In this document: positions 11,401 to 26,400 of the stretch, in pieces
Layout: each line of letters starts with the position of its first letter
Position numbering within the stretch: the first letter of the stretch is position 1
Origin: Antedon mediterranea
Lineage: Eukaryota; Animalia; Echinodermata
NCBI RefSeq assembly: GCF_964355755.1
Contig: NC_092673.1
Location: 16,030,948 to 16,094,947, forward strand
Direction of reading: 5' to 3'
DNA: 64,000 nucleotides
Program-made: the position numbers and the translations under genes
The notes under the pieces: model-generated
Told to the model about the DNA's origin: nothing
The model's input: the letters and a program-made list of their open reading frames with translations, nothing else
The model's database searches: none

Positions 11401-14400
11401 TCTAATTAATTATAAATATGAAATAAAATGTATGTTGACAAATAATAAAATAGCAAACAAAAATGTTTGTGTTATTGTTAACAAAATTAATAGAATCTGA
11501 TTGTAATAAAAAAAGAATTAGTTAGTGGTAATAACCTGCTCCTTACCTTACAAAAAAATACTTCTGTCAGTATATCCAGCTAATTACAGTTTGAATATGG
11601 CCTTAAAGAGATCCTTTTCCAGCATTTTTTTTTGCAAACATTTTGCCACAAATGGAAGAGAAATGTAAATAATGTTTAGTTTATAGTGGTTTCCAAAATC
11701 TAAAAATGTTTGAGCAATGCAATTGGAAAAAGAAATTTAACATGAAATTATTCTTTTCAAACAGTGCCGTATCTTATCTTATGACTTTTTGGAAAAAATG
11801 ATTCTATAAAGTTGCCAGTTAAAATGTGATATACTAGTAAGTGCCCACAGATGGTTCTCGAATACATGAACTTTGGTAAATAACTGAAATTGTCTAAGTC
11901 GCACTGTACACAAAGCAAATGAATACAGATATGTTGGAATTTATGTAGTCAAATATAATTGTCATGCGGAGAATTACCTTAATTTTGTTTATTACATGGT
12001 ATTGTTCACCAAATTCCTGTCTTGGTACATTTTATTATGGGATGGTATCAGACTTCATGATATGATTTTCATTAAGGCAAATGGTTTAAACTAAATGTGT
12101 TATCGTTAATATCTAACTTAGCTTAATTATGATATTGGTTTCATTGTGTTAAAAATCAGTACTGAAAGTATTTACCAACTTTCTCAGATTTTAATGATTA
12201 CTTACATTAAGTAATAGGCTAACAATCACTAGATCTGATCCATGGTAATATATTATATTTTGTTTTCATTTATCAATAATGATAATTAATATTTTATCAC
12301 ATTATTTAGCAGTAATTGTTGTTGTTTGTATTTACAAAAAAAAAACCCAATTTCACATAATGTCTGTTGTCAGTATTTATAAACTTCATTATGATTCCTT
12401 TCCAGGATGGTAACCCTCTATTACATGACTATCTGGGGAATGAATATACACCTACCTTAGAAATAGTGACGTGTCTCATTTAGCATGGGACACCTAGTAT
12501 CCCCATTTTACACTTTCTCTGGGAAAAAATTAGAAACAAGTGTTTCTCAACTGATTTGTGTCATATGGGGTCTATATATCCACCAAAAAAAAGTTCCAGC
12601 TCATCTGGCCTAGGGAAAGCCGCCATTTTGGATTTTCAAAATGGCCGCCATAAAATACAGGTTTTTGCTCATATCTCCTCTTCTACATCATGCATGGAAA
12701 TGATTTTGGTGGCAAAGTGTATGTTTTGAGGGTCAAGGAATCTAAATACAGCATTTTGAAGTTCACTCAATGACCGCCATCTTGTTTTTTCAAAATGGCC
12801 GCCTTAAAATACAGATTTGTGCTTATCTCAGCTTCTACATCATGTATAGACATGGGAAAATGGAGGTTTTGACGGTCAAGGAATCCAAATACAGCATTAA
12901 TTTGAATTTCACCCAATGGCCGCCATTTTGAAAATCAAAATGGCTGCTATAAAATTTACAGATTTTTCCTCATATCTCAGCTTCTATATCATATGAACGT
13001 AATTTTGGTAGAAAAATATATGTTTTGAAGGTCAAGGAATTCAAATATAGTATTTTAAAGTTCACCTAATGCCCGCCATTTTGTTTTTCAAAATGGCTGC
13101 CATAAAATTTACAGATTTGTCCTCGTACCTCAGCTTCTACATCGTGCATGGAAATGATTTTGTTGGCAATGTTTATGTTTTGAGGGTCAAGAAATCTAAA
13201 TACAGCTTTTTGAAGTTCACTCAATGACAACCATTTTGATTGTAAAAATGGCCACCATAAGCTACAGGTTTTTGCTAATTTATGAGCTACTATGATTATG
13301 ATTTTGCTAAGCCTATGTTTTGAAGGTTACAGAATAAAAACAAAATTCAGCTTTTGAAATACAGTTGGAAAGTGATGACGCGAATAAGTCAATATGTTGG
13401 TGATAATATATGGGAACCACAATGATTATGACCCCAGGAGATACTGTACACAAGAAGATATCAGCGATGTACTGTAACTATATCATTCGCGTGAAGAACC
13501 TAAAAATAAAATATTCTAAAAAAGTTTGTTAGACGACATTTTAAGATATTTTCCAAATCCTAAAGAGAAACATGGCCAACTTTAGTTAAGCATATTCCAA
13601 TCAGATACATTATAGATAAAGCAAGTAAAGCAATTTAAAGCAACATATCTTATGTGACTGAATGGATGGTTACCTAATACACTGGGGACTAACACTACTT
13701 CACCATAACTGGTCTGGATAATGCGATAACTGGACAAATCGACGATAGTTTATGCCGATCATTCTTTTTTATCCAATTAACATGTCAACAGTTTATACAA
13801 TGGTACAGCCACTCTGAAAACGTATATCTAGCTGCTCATCTACCAGTCATAATAATCAGACACGGAGGAGTTTATCTTTTCAGGAGCTTTCTTGGTTATA
13901 TTGGACATACTGGTGGGTTGAGGTTTTGAAGTTGTGCATAACCTACTTTAAAGAGAGCTGTATATTCTAAAGCTCTTAGAGGATGCAGCTATGTATCATA
14001 TAATGATGACACGAGATGAGGATGTACCATTTTGTCTCCAGATATAGACACAGTATAGGACAATTGACTATGATGGCCAATATGCCTGAACGACAAATTT
14101 CCATATACATACAATACAAGATGTTCCAAAAGAATGGATATCATGCAACGTGTTATAATGGTGAAGAATCAGTTTTCAGACATGAGCACAATAGAGAAAA
14201 CCTTATGTATCTTGAAATTTGTCTTTCAGCATTTCCAGATATAGCCTTTCACTTTTGGCATTTTGGCCATGACCAGCTGCTGCAAATATAAAAGCATACT
14301 GTAGATGCTATATCTGAACCTGGAGCTCCCAATTGCACAATCACGCCTAAAAAGTTATACCATCTAATGATACAGCCACACCTTAAATGTTCTTGATATC

Positions 14401-17400
14401 TTTTTGACTTTCAGAGAAAGCTCTTAAGAATCTTTCGAGTTTGACGACAAATGGCAGTTTTCTTTCTCTAACTATTTGCATTACTTTACGTCACATTGGT
14501 TGATCGAAGGTTATTAGGATGGCAGATAAGCAGCTAGATATAAACATAAATGCAGACCATTTAGGGTGACTAGTGTTAATCTCCCAGTGTATTACCATGT
14601 ATTCATAAGATATTACTTGCTTTATCCATAAGTTGTACTTTTAACTGCAAGATGGCCATGCTTCTCTTTATATTTGGAAAATATCTTTACATGTCTATGT
14701 AACTTCTTTAGAATATCTTGTTTATTAGTTTCTTCTCGCGAATGATAGTTACAGTACACTCTCTGGTATCTTCTTGTATACCTCTTTGGTCGTAATCAGT
14801 ATGGAACTCGATCTTGTGATTAACTCACGACGTTGAGATTGTGATAGCAATAGATCTCGGAGACTAGACAAAGGGGATTGTACATAAATGTTGTTATTAT
14901 TATATGTTGTGCCAGTTTGATTGGGAATTTTAAAACTATTACTGTATTTAACAAACTGTATGCAAAAAAAAGCAACATCTAAAGCCAGTGGAGCAGTAGC
15001 CTTCAACTATAAAGTTTGGTCCTAAACTTAGTTATCAAAATCATGTCTTCATTATGTATATGAGCTACGAAATTAGCAAAACCTGTATTTTATGGCGGCC
15101 ATTTTGAAAAACAAAATGGTGGCCCGGTTTTTAAATGAACTTTAAAAAAATGCTGTATTTGAAATCCTTGACCCTCAAAATATATACATTGCCACCAAAA
15201 TCACTTCCATACATTATGTGGAAGCTGAGATAAGAGCAAAAATCTATATTTTTATGCTGGCCATTTTGAAAAACAAAATGGCGGCCATTGAATGAATTAC
15301 GAAAATGCTGTTTTTCGATTTCTTGACACTCACAACTACACTTTGTCACTAAAATCACGTTCATACACGATGTAGAAGTTGAGATGAGTACAAATCTGTA
15401 TTTTATGGCGGCCATTTTGAAAAACAAGATGGCGGACATTCAGTAAACTTCAAAATGCTGTATTTGGATTTATTGACTCTCAAAACATATACTTTGCCAC
15501 CAAAATCATATCCATACATGATGTGGAAGCTGATATATGAGCAAAAATATGTATTTTATGGCGGCCATTTAAAAAATCCAAAATGGCGGCTTTCCCCAGG
15601 CCTGATGAGCTGGAACTTTTTTTTGGTGGATATATAGAACCTATATAACTCAAATCAGTTGAGAAACACTTGTTTCTAATTTTTTCCCAGATTGGCCCTT
15701 TTTAGACTTAAAATAGGGATACTAACCAGTAGCATTGCAAAATAAGGTAATGTACAGGGATTTGCTAGTGTAATAAGCTAACATTATATAGATCTGCTGA
15801 AGTAAACCATTTAATGAGAGAAAAAAGTAAGCACATTAACAAAAATCAAATTTGATTAAAACAAACCAAATAAAAAAATAACTAAATAGTTATATATGAT
15901 TTATGATCTGATTTAAAGTGTACAGTTACCTATCATATAACATAAATCTTTAATTTTCTTAATGAACAAAAAAATCTATTTTTTTAATATATTCAGTTAT
16001 TAATTAACAATTATTGACAACGGTCTAATTAATTGTAAATATGAAATAAAATGCGACAACTACTAAACAACTAAAAATGTTTATGTTAAAAAAATTAATA
16101 GAATCTGATTTTAATAAAAAACGATTATTAATTAATAATGTGCTCCTTCCCTTATCTTACAAAAAAAATGCTTCTGTCAGTCTATCCAGCTAATTATGAA
16201 AATGGCCTTAAAGAAATCCTTTTCCAACCTAGGATCTTTTTGTGCAAACATTTTGCCACAAAAGGAAGAGAAATGTAAACAATGTTTTGTTAGTTTTCAA
16301 AAACTAAATTGTTTGAGTAATGCAATTTAAAAAAGAAAAGTAATATGAAATTAGTCTTTTCAAACTGAATGCTTTTAAGAAAAGTTCCGTCTCTTATCTT
16401 ATGACTTTTTTGAAAAAATTAATTCTCGCTAAAATATAATATACTAGTAAGTGCTCACAGATGCTTCTTGAATACAAGAACTTTGGTAAATAACTGAAAA
16501 TTGCACTGTACACATAGCACTACAGATATGATGGAATTTATGTAGTCAAATATAATTGTCATCCTGAGAATTACCTTAATTTTGTTTATTGCATGGTATT
16601 GTTCACCAAATTCCTGTCTTGGTACATTTGATGATGGGATGGTATCAGGCTTCATGATATGATATGATTTTCATCGGGGCAAATGGTTTAAATTAAATTT
16701 GTTATCGTTAATATCTAACTTAACTTAATTATGATATTGGTTTCATTGGGTGTTAAAAATCAGTACTGAAAGTATTTACCAACTTTCTCTACCATTGAGT
16801 ATAAATTCTAGAAGTTGCACTTAATTTACTGAAATTTCCCTTTACCTAAATTTATATGTAAATTCATTTAACTGCTTATTGGCCTCATACATTACGCTTA
16901 ACATCTAAACATTTGTTTGTACAATTTTATAAAATATGTATTAAATTATTAATGTTCAAATTTTGTGATTGATATTGTACAGTAAGTAGATTTTAATGAC
17001 ACTATACTACATTTGATCCATGGTAAGATATTATATTTTGTTTTCATTTATCAATAGTCGACATTTATGATTATTTACCACATTATTTAGCAGTAATTTT
17101 TTCTATGGTTTGGGTTGACAAAAAAAACCCAATTTCACATAATGTTTGTTGTCAGTATTATACACCAGCAACATTGCAAAGAAGGTAATGTACAGGGATT
17201 ATACAGGGATATTTCATTTGTTTCTGGATAGTATCCAAATATTATTAGCTTTGAAAGTTTATAGTAAAACTATTTGTTGTTTTATATTATGGCTCAAACA
17301 TTTTAACACATCTACCTACTGTTCCAAAGTAAACTTTTATTCAATTTATCTCTCTCTCTCTCAATGTTGAAGGCGGTAGACTATAAACGGCAGCGCTTAA

Positions 17401-20400
17401 GTTTCGGTTTGGATACAGGAGTTATAGGTGGCGCACTGTACAAGTTGATGTCATTTATTAGCAAATAGTAATTTCTATTCACGTCCTAATTTACAACCAA
17501 TGTTAAAAAATAGTAAATCTACGTGTTATCACATGATGCTCTTTCATCCAATCTCTAGATGGTAAATGTTTGAGCCATGACATAATACTGTATGTATGTG
17601 ATGCGTAATTAAAGTGTGTTATATTGTATATCAATAATTTCTCAAAACTACTAATAACTAAACCCATTTTTTTAATAGGATGGAAATACACTTGTCTCAG
17701 TTTTAGAAAGTAACGGGTGGATAGAGGAGCAAAGTAAAACTGAAATTTTAAACTTCTTAGAAGGTAAGTGAAGTTTTAATTATTGAAATTTTAGGATCAA
17801 CTAGTTTTCATTACAAACGATAAAGATTTGATTTCTCATCAAGTGAAGAAGAATGTCCAGATAAAGAAAATTAACATTTATGATATATCATTCACAGGTT
17901 TATTATAGATTAAATAATTCAGTAAGATAGTAGTATACATGGAAGTTGTGATATGTTGCAAGATGTAAATTATTTTGCTATAAATACGATAAAAATAACA
18001 CAAAAACGCAAACTTTAAAATTCCTTGTAAATAAAAATATTAAATAAATCATTTTTCAAATCAAATCAATCTCTTTATTCAATACATCAAAACAGTACAC
18101 ATAACAAAAATAAAGAGATTTTAATGATGATGATGATGATGATTTTAAGATGAAAGGGACCTTCAATAAACCTCAAGGGGCTTTTGATAGGAGGCTTCAC
18201 TTTAAACTAGTTACAATAATCGGACGGGGGACATGCATTGTTAAGGAATATTTGAACTTTATTAATTGCACATAAATGTAAAATGTAGATTTTTTTTTTT
18301 TAAATCTAATCTATTTTATATATAATGCTATGTACAATTGATATTCACATTCAAGGCAAACAATTTACGATAGGAGAAGATAAATATTGAATATAAAAAT
18401 CTAATTTTCTTGTTAAATCCCAGTTTTTGTTTCCACAATGGATGAATTTCCTTCACACATTTTAAATAATAATTCGTCTTCTTCGAGGAGCTGAATCACC
18501 GGATTTTCAGCGTGCCGTGCGTACCAGGTTACTACCGTAAATGATGGCGCTTAATTTAAAGTTCTTAGTAGATATAGCTCTATTATCTATTAGCCTTATA
18601 AGTTATCCCCTTAATAGATATAGCTCTATTACCTATTAAGCACCTACTAATAAGTAGATTTTAGGTAGATTTTAGATAGTTCCTAATAGGTTTTACCTCA
18701 TTAGCATAATTCAAAACCCCCACTAATAGTGTTAGATAGATTTTTCACTATTTTCAATCTGTGAGTAACACAGTTGTATGCATCTATCTATTGTCTACTT
18801 ACAATAGCTATACAATGGGCTACCAGCAACCTATTAATATACATAAACAAACTGATAATAGCCAGTAACTTTTAATAAGCTATCTATTTTATACAATAGA
18901 TAGATATGGACTACCAGATAGCTATTAGAAATCTATGAGTATCATATCTATCTACTTATTATAGCTATACAAGATAATAATAGCCAGTAACTGTTAATAA
19001 GCTATCTATTTTATACAATAGATAGATATGGACTACCAGATAGCTATTAGAAATCTATGAGTATCATATCTATCTATCTACTGTCTACTTATTATAGCTA
19101 TACAAGACTACCAATGACCTATCAATAGACTATAAAGAAACTGATAATAGCCAGTTAAATATTAATCAACTATCTATTTTATAGCTGGGAAGTAGTCGTT
19201 CCATCGTTGACTCATTCAGTTAAAATCCTTAGTAGTCGAGATAAAAAGGTCTACTAAAAAACTACTGAAAATAGAGCTATTTCTACTTAAGTCTACTTAA
19301 ATTCTACTAATTTTTTTACTATGGGTAAAACCAATAGACAAATTCAAACTCCTCCTTCCCACATTTGCATTCGAGGAAAACAATTTACGATAGGAGGAGA
19401 TAAATATTGAATATAAAAATAAAACATTTTCTTGTTAATCCCATTTTTTGTTTCCACAATGAATGAATTTTCTTCACACATTTTTAAGCCAGCTTAAGAA
19501 TACTAATTTTCTGTATGTAAAATTAAGCATCATACATGTGTTATTCTAAACACCAAGTCCCACAAAGCATAACCAAGATCTACCAAGTGTATAAAGAACA
19601 GTGCCTTTATTTAATTGGTTACTGGTCATAAAACAGAATATAAATAAAAACATTTAAAAAGTTCAAGGCATCTATATATAAATTATGGTTAATTCTGACA
19701 TAGGCGAGCACAATGCAAAAACTTCGGTACAAATCTCCGCCTTGGATACCTACCTTATCTATCCGAGATGTACCGTGAAACGTAGATTTGATAACATTAG
19801 TGTGCACGCCGACGCTATTGTTCCATATTTATATCTTAGGAAGATATTATAAAGAGTTTTTTAACAACATTTATGATTTCAACATTAGATTTTCCTCTCA
19901 ATTTCAATTCTTCCCGGTCAAAGTAATTTCCGGGTTTAAGATAAGTTCACCTTACAACAACCTTCAAATATTTTCTCTCTTTTAAACACAAGGGAGCAGT
20001 TAAAATAATAGATTTGACCCTAAAGGTGACTGGAAACAGGCACTTTCCATCAATCAATACAGTGTCCCTTTGGAAGACGAAAAAAAAATCAGATAGTAGG
20101 AGTGCAGCTTAAGTTGGCCATTAGTCATAGCCATTTCAGTTTTTTGTTTATTTTAAAACATACCACGCGCGTGTGTGAAGGTACAGTAGTTAAATTATAC
20201 TGCAAATTAATAAAGATCAAATTAAATATACGTCATAAAGATTGAATCAGAATATATTGTGGGGAATAGTATTATAAAATTACATAGGGAGATTTGATGA
20301 TAAGACATTTTTCGAGTGAAATCCCGATAGCTGAGTTTTATTGAGGAAGCTTGCAGGAATAACTGTAGGCTATCTTCCTGTGTCCCGTTAGGACCGAGAT

Positions 20401-23400
20401 GTCTGCTTGCAAGCCGAAATGTCTTCTTTCTTGGGCCCACTCTGTTACGGCAGTTTCAAAAGATGATTAAATTAAATAATGTATTAATAATTATTAGGAT
20501 GGTATTCATTTGAATAAATGCCTCTCCAATAAAACAACACAATTTGAAAAATAACATTTGTTATTCTTTTTTACCACTTTTCATATCTACTGTATTAGAG
20601 GATTTCATTTGATTATAAATGTTACCATATTAGTCCAGATCCCTATGTATTTTCGTGTGCAGATCATGGGGAAAGTGTAAACATTGTGTTTTATGAATAT
20701 TTGAATCATGCTGGTTATAAAAACCCATGTTGTCAAATTTCTAAAATTCATCTTTGACCTCTGACCTCAATTTGAATGTTTTGACCCATTGAAAACAAAA
20801 TGGTCAAATCTTTGCAACGCTTAGAATAGATGAAATAATTTTAGTTTATATTCGTTCTAATGGAAAAGTTTGTCCAAAAATGGCTGGAAGTATGATTTGT
20901 GGCATATTTGACCTTTGACCTACATATCATATAACTCCGTAACTAATAGTTGGACAAACTTTAAATAGGGCTCAAATTAATCTGAAGGTATATGTTTCTA
21001 TTCAGTCTAATAAGAACTTTTTCAAGAAAATGACCCGAAATATTTTTATTGACCTTTGACCTGTACTGGTAGTACACATTTCTGTAATCTCAAAAACTAT
21101 TGGCCGTAAAATGGTTGTTTTTGTGAAATGGTTCAAAAAATTCACATTTATATGTTGTATAATAACAACATTTTATAGAAATGTAAAATAATTCTATTTA
21201 TGATCACTAACTTTGTAATTTATTAACATCACTAGCATTTGTTATAATATTAAAATGTGTTATATTTGCTGATTTTAAGCACTTCACATGAATTTATCAG
21301 AATTAGGCCAAATAAAAAAATATACTTGTTAAGCGTCACACCCTCATAAATTTTCAGGGGCGGGGGGACGGTTTTTTTTTTTTTTTTTTTTACTTTTTAT
21401 AGAGGTATATTTTTGCGCGGTGGACGTTTTGGCCCACTTTTTTTAGGACGAAACGTCAAACTTTTAAAATGCGAAACAGAACAAAATTGACTATGTATGA
21501 AATATTATTGCTTATGACAAAATTGAGTTTTGTATTGTTTATATCCAGACGTAATTAAAACATTAAATTTAATTGCCACCAAGCGAAATTGTAGGCCCTA
21601 GGCTAACTAATCCGTCCAAGCTGCTACCCCCACCTCACTCATCGGCCATCCGCCGTCTCTCGCTCGACTCATCTATCCAGGAAATTCCCTATCGCGAGAA
21701 GCATGATTTGGTCTCAATAATACTAAATAGTGGGCTGATTTATAGTTTGAAAACAGCTTACGGCATTTCTTAAGTGAATTTTTGTTCAAAGTATTCATTC
21801 TTCTTTGATGAATCCTTTGCCAATTGCTGTGTAAACCAGTATTTAAAGTTGTGATGCAAAAAGTGTATGTAATTATTCCACAGGTAAACCAGGCATAAGG
21901 AAACCCATCGCCCAACAGGACCTCGTGGTGTGCCGATCTCGAGCGCGAGATCATCGTAAACAAAATTGGTAGAGTCCATTATGTATGGGGTGTTTCCTAT
22001 TTACGAACCTATAAAAAAACGCGCTTCGACCACTGTGTAGGCAAAATATTTATTTCGTTAAATCCCTAAATTGATAATCGCGTATTCTGTAATCACGTGA
22101 CTGATGATGTAATTCTCAGTGACCTACTAAATGCACATGATTTAATGTGTTGGGGAAAAAGCTTGCTGTTTACCACATTACATGATTCACGGTGCTATTC
22201 GCGTTTCCTTGACGTAAATCGGCGGCGTGTAAATGAAACAATTGTTTTCACCAAATTGCCGTTGTTGACATAGAGCGATCGGCGGCTAGCGTTGTCTAAG
22301 CTAAAAAGTACGTATTTTTCAAAAATTACATTAGCCTAACAAACATTTGCTAGTTTTGAAATTTTCAAATAGCAATTATGAAGAATCTACTAGCAAAATG
22401 CTAGTTTGCTAGCGTGAATTTCGAGCCCTACTCTGGAGCTGGGCCGGGCCGCTGAACTTTCCGTTGTATATCGGTAAAAAAAAAATAAAAATAAAAAGAG
22501 AGGCGGCTGGATAATCAGGAGCGGGCGGTGACGCTTAACAAGTATGTTTTTTTATTTGGCCTTATGTGTAATTTAATATAAAGTTTATTTTTTTTTTATA
22601 TAAAGAAAATTTAATTATCTATCAAATAAGACTATTTTCAAATTATTATGACTAAAACTTAAAGCCCCATTCCCTACGTTTTTTAGATCTAATTTAAGAT
22701 CACAAACTATATTTAATGTAAAAATAATACTATATGGTCCTATTGCGATAACTTTTTTCGTCTTTAAACGGTTAAAAATGTGAAAAATAAATCGATTTTA
22801 ATAATTATAGCGGCCCGCTATAAATCCCAAAATGCATTGCGCGCGGATTGATATTGTTGTTTTTCACCTGTAATTCGCCCACTTTTCGATCGATCGTGAA
22901 GCCAAAACAAATGGAAGACTCCTAACTTTTCAGCGAAAATACCGGGTTTCCCCCAATTTGTATCAACGGAGTCTGGCAAAAATAGAAAGATAATTAATGC
23001 AGCAACTATACAGGCTAGGTATATAGCTAGCGTACGATGTTCGTACGTTACCGATGTTTACCAGCTAGGCCTACAAAACTAAGCCTAGCTAGGCTAGGCC
23101 TGAGACCGTCCACGAGAGGTCGATCGCCGCGAGCTACTTAGGTAGTGCATTGTTTCTCACTTTTTATCATAATTTACCATAAAACGTACATTTAAGACAA
23201 GGAAAGACATGGTTTAATGTTTTTAAAGTGATATATATGTATTATTTTCCAAAAAACGTCCAAAATTGCAGGGAAGGGGTCTTTAATTAGATACAGGCAA
23301 AAAGTGTATTTTTACTTGTGTGAACAGCGCCCTCAATCTTCATTTTTTTCCCAAAAATACCACATACCATACATGAGTTAAGGGATTCACTTTCACCTAC

Positions 23401-26400
23401 TTAAGGAAAACACTTAATTTAAGGGTAAAACTTAAGGGTAAAAACAATCATAAATATTCATGAGTTGTCCCATTGTCCAATCACAGAGGATTTAATTCCC
23501 CTATGGTCCAATCACTTTCCTCTCTAAAACTAATTTGCATATTTAAAAAAAGATTAAGGGGTTGGGGGGACGGGGAGGATGAAGAGAAAAATGTATAGAC
23601 AATGGTAGTCAAAACAAAAACAAATGAATATTAAACCTAGACTAATGTGTATGAGGATCAAGAAAAATAGGTCTAGCCTAGATGCTACTAACAAACCAAC
23701 ATTCTGTGTAGGCCTAAACCTGTCTGTATTGAGGCATATGCATCCTAGGCTGGTTACTGGGCAGACCAACAGGGGGCCTAGCGTCTCTACCTAGCCTACT
23801 AGAATGGGGCTAATTTCTATTACAACGAAATGGGAAGCCATCTTCCACAAAAATAATGGCAGTCAAAACAAACAAATAAATCAATATATAGGCATAGACT
23901 AATTTGTATGGGTGGGGATCAGCAGAAAAAGGTCTAGATGCTACTCAAACCAAACATGAATCCTAGGCCGGTTAGTGGGCAGACCAACAGGGGGCCTAGC
24001 ATCTCTACCTAGCCTAGACTGGGGCCATCTACAAGTAGGCATAGTACTCGCACATACAGAATCGTCAGCACAACCAAGGTACTGAATAGTTAAGGGAACT
24101 TTTAAGGGACCACCTCTGAGGTCCCTTAAAAGTTAAGGGGAAAATAGACCAAGTTAAGGGTTTCCCTTAACCTTAAACCCTTTGTGAATACCACTTAAGT
24201 GAAACCCTTAATAATAATATTTTCTTGATTTAAGGGAAATCCTTAGGATTTAAGGGAAATATCTCACTTAAGTGTGATTGGTGAATACGGCCACTGGACT
24301 ATATTATTAAAACTAAAAAATTTAACATCCCTCGAATAAGCACCTCCCTCAAATGACCTCCGCCTCCCCAAAGGGCCCTACCAAACAATAAAAACTATAC
24401 TTTAAAATGTTATTAATCATCTAAAACACTGTGAAACAAAGTAGTTTAGTTTTACGAATGTCAAGCATTTTCAATAATGGTAACCGACAGAAAACGTATA
24501 AGGAGAACATTATCATTCCGAGAACCATCGTCTACACTTCCTAGAGGGGGAGCGAGCGAAGCGAGCTCACCCTCTAGTATTAAAAACTTACGATAGGTGG
24601 TCAATAATTCCTACTGCCAAATTCTGAATCATACCAGTTATTCATTTCAGGATTACTTTATTTTCACTTTACACAGTGAAACCATCCTAATCAACCGTAT
24701 GGTGCTAGAAATGATTTAGATTCAGGATCTCTGTCAAAAATCGTTGCATAACGCCTATATGTTTGGATGAGTTTGAGTTCACACAATTTTTAGGACATAA
24801 TTAATAACTGTAGTTGTTAACTGTATACATTTTAGTTTAAAAAAATACATTATTATTATAGTATATCCAGAATGAATGAGGTTTACCATTTTCATGTATA
24901 GTCGATTGCTTGTACACAGTCACCCACAAGCTTTTATATAACCTTATACCATTGAAAAAGTTTAAAGATACCATATGACAATTCAAGAGTTTTGCCAAGC
25001 TGTGACTTTTAATATAGTGTTTTTTTATGAAAATATGTAATATGTAATATTTTTGTTTGGGTATTTTTTTAGATTTACCAAGTACTGTTGATGAGCAATT
25101 TCAAACACAATTTCAGAAACCGACAAGTGACGAACAGAAAACAAAACTTCTTAAGCCAGAGAGTGGTGAGTTTAAGAATCATAAGAGCTGCTGTATGTTG
25201 TATGATTGTATCTATATATAATTTAACACAATTGTGATTAAAATGGGATTTCAGTAAGGAGAGAATTAGACGCTAATGTTATTTAAAAAAAGCATTATTT
25301 CTGAGCGGTACTGTAAAAAGGCGAAAAGTGTGCAACTAATAACAAATGGAGAGATTTTATTTATCATAAATAAAACAAACAGTTGATTGTTTCCATCCAA
25401 AATACTGTAATAATGGAATGGAGCTAGTTTGCAGATTTATGTGGCATGCTTGATTGATGATTTTTTTTTTTTTTTACTTTATTTACTCCAGATGTTTTAA
25501 AAATCTATTAAAATCTTGATTCAATTTTCAGATATTCCATGTGATATTGCTGCTCGTGAATTAGAGTATCAGGAAGCTTACAAGGAAGCTTTGAAAGGAG
25601 GATCTGTCGCAGTCAATCTTGGAATGCTTAAGGTGATTGGACAGGAAGGAGTGGGTAAAACATGCCTCATAAATGCCTGTCTTGGAAAGATGTAAGTAGT
25701 TGGACAGTAAAATTGACATTACAAAATACATGTAGGTACTGCCTAATTATAACAATAATAGATAATAGAATTAAATTTTAACATTGTTTTGTAATTTTAA
25801 ATGAAAGATCATTTTAATTGTTGACTAAATAACTGATTTAAAATGTGTATTTTATAAATAAAGACTATTGAAATAGTAACTACTGGTATCTATAATTAAA
25901 AAGAGAAAATTGAATTTTACAGCACTAAAAATGAATGACATTCATTGTTGGTTTCAAATTATTATATTATTATTATATGTATCTCAGATTTGAGGAAGAA
26001 CATAAAGTTACAGATGGCATAGCAGTGATAAGGACTGTAAGCACAACATGGAAAGAGGCTAAAGCTGATAGTGGTAAACATGAATACAAATTAGCATATT
26101 ACTCTTCCCATCATCATAGTCAATGTAACAATATTTATCTTTGATCTCATTATCATAGACACAAACAGGCCCACAATGAAACTGAGATGTTGAATAGAAT
26201 TCAATAAATGCATACAACTGTAGTATGATGTCAACAGTCATATTTTCACATACATACAGCAATTGTTACTCCATGATCCCTTAACACACAAGCTATTGTT
26301 TGTTGATGTACTGTAATTTTACATTAATTAATCAATCAGTTAAAATATTGTCACCTATCAATGTATCTGCTGTAATAATATGTGCAAATGTCTTTTTTCT

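Larger units (their letters stand above)
11052..17150 (+). repeat. Duplicated intronic segment of about 1.35 kb (11052-12405 and 15747-about 17150), forming expanded ankyrin cassette units
   Basis: Collinear similarity, e.g. gagagaaaaaagtaagc, tatccagctaatta, ttcaccaaattcctgtcttggtacattt, ending in the standard pre-exon intron sequence. Confidence 0.88.

Noticed and set aside
13750-14500. Possible transposase in the centre of the long-TIR element (including ORF 14016-14291)
   Set aside because: I could not recognise any catalytic motif or long frame. At most it is a decayed remnant.
18341-19485. Direct repeats of about 125 bp that could be LTRs
   Set aside because: They are short, lack TG...CA ends and enclose no coding remnants. 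More likely a small local duplication around a low-complexity repeat.
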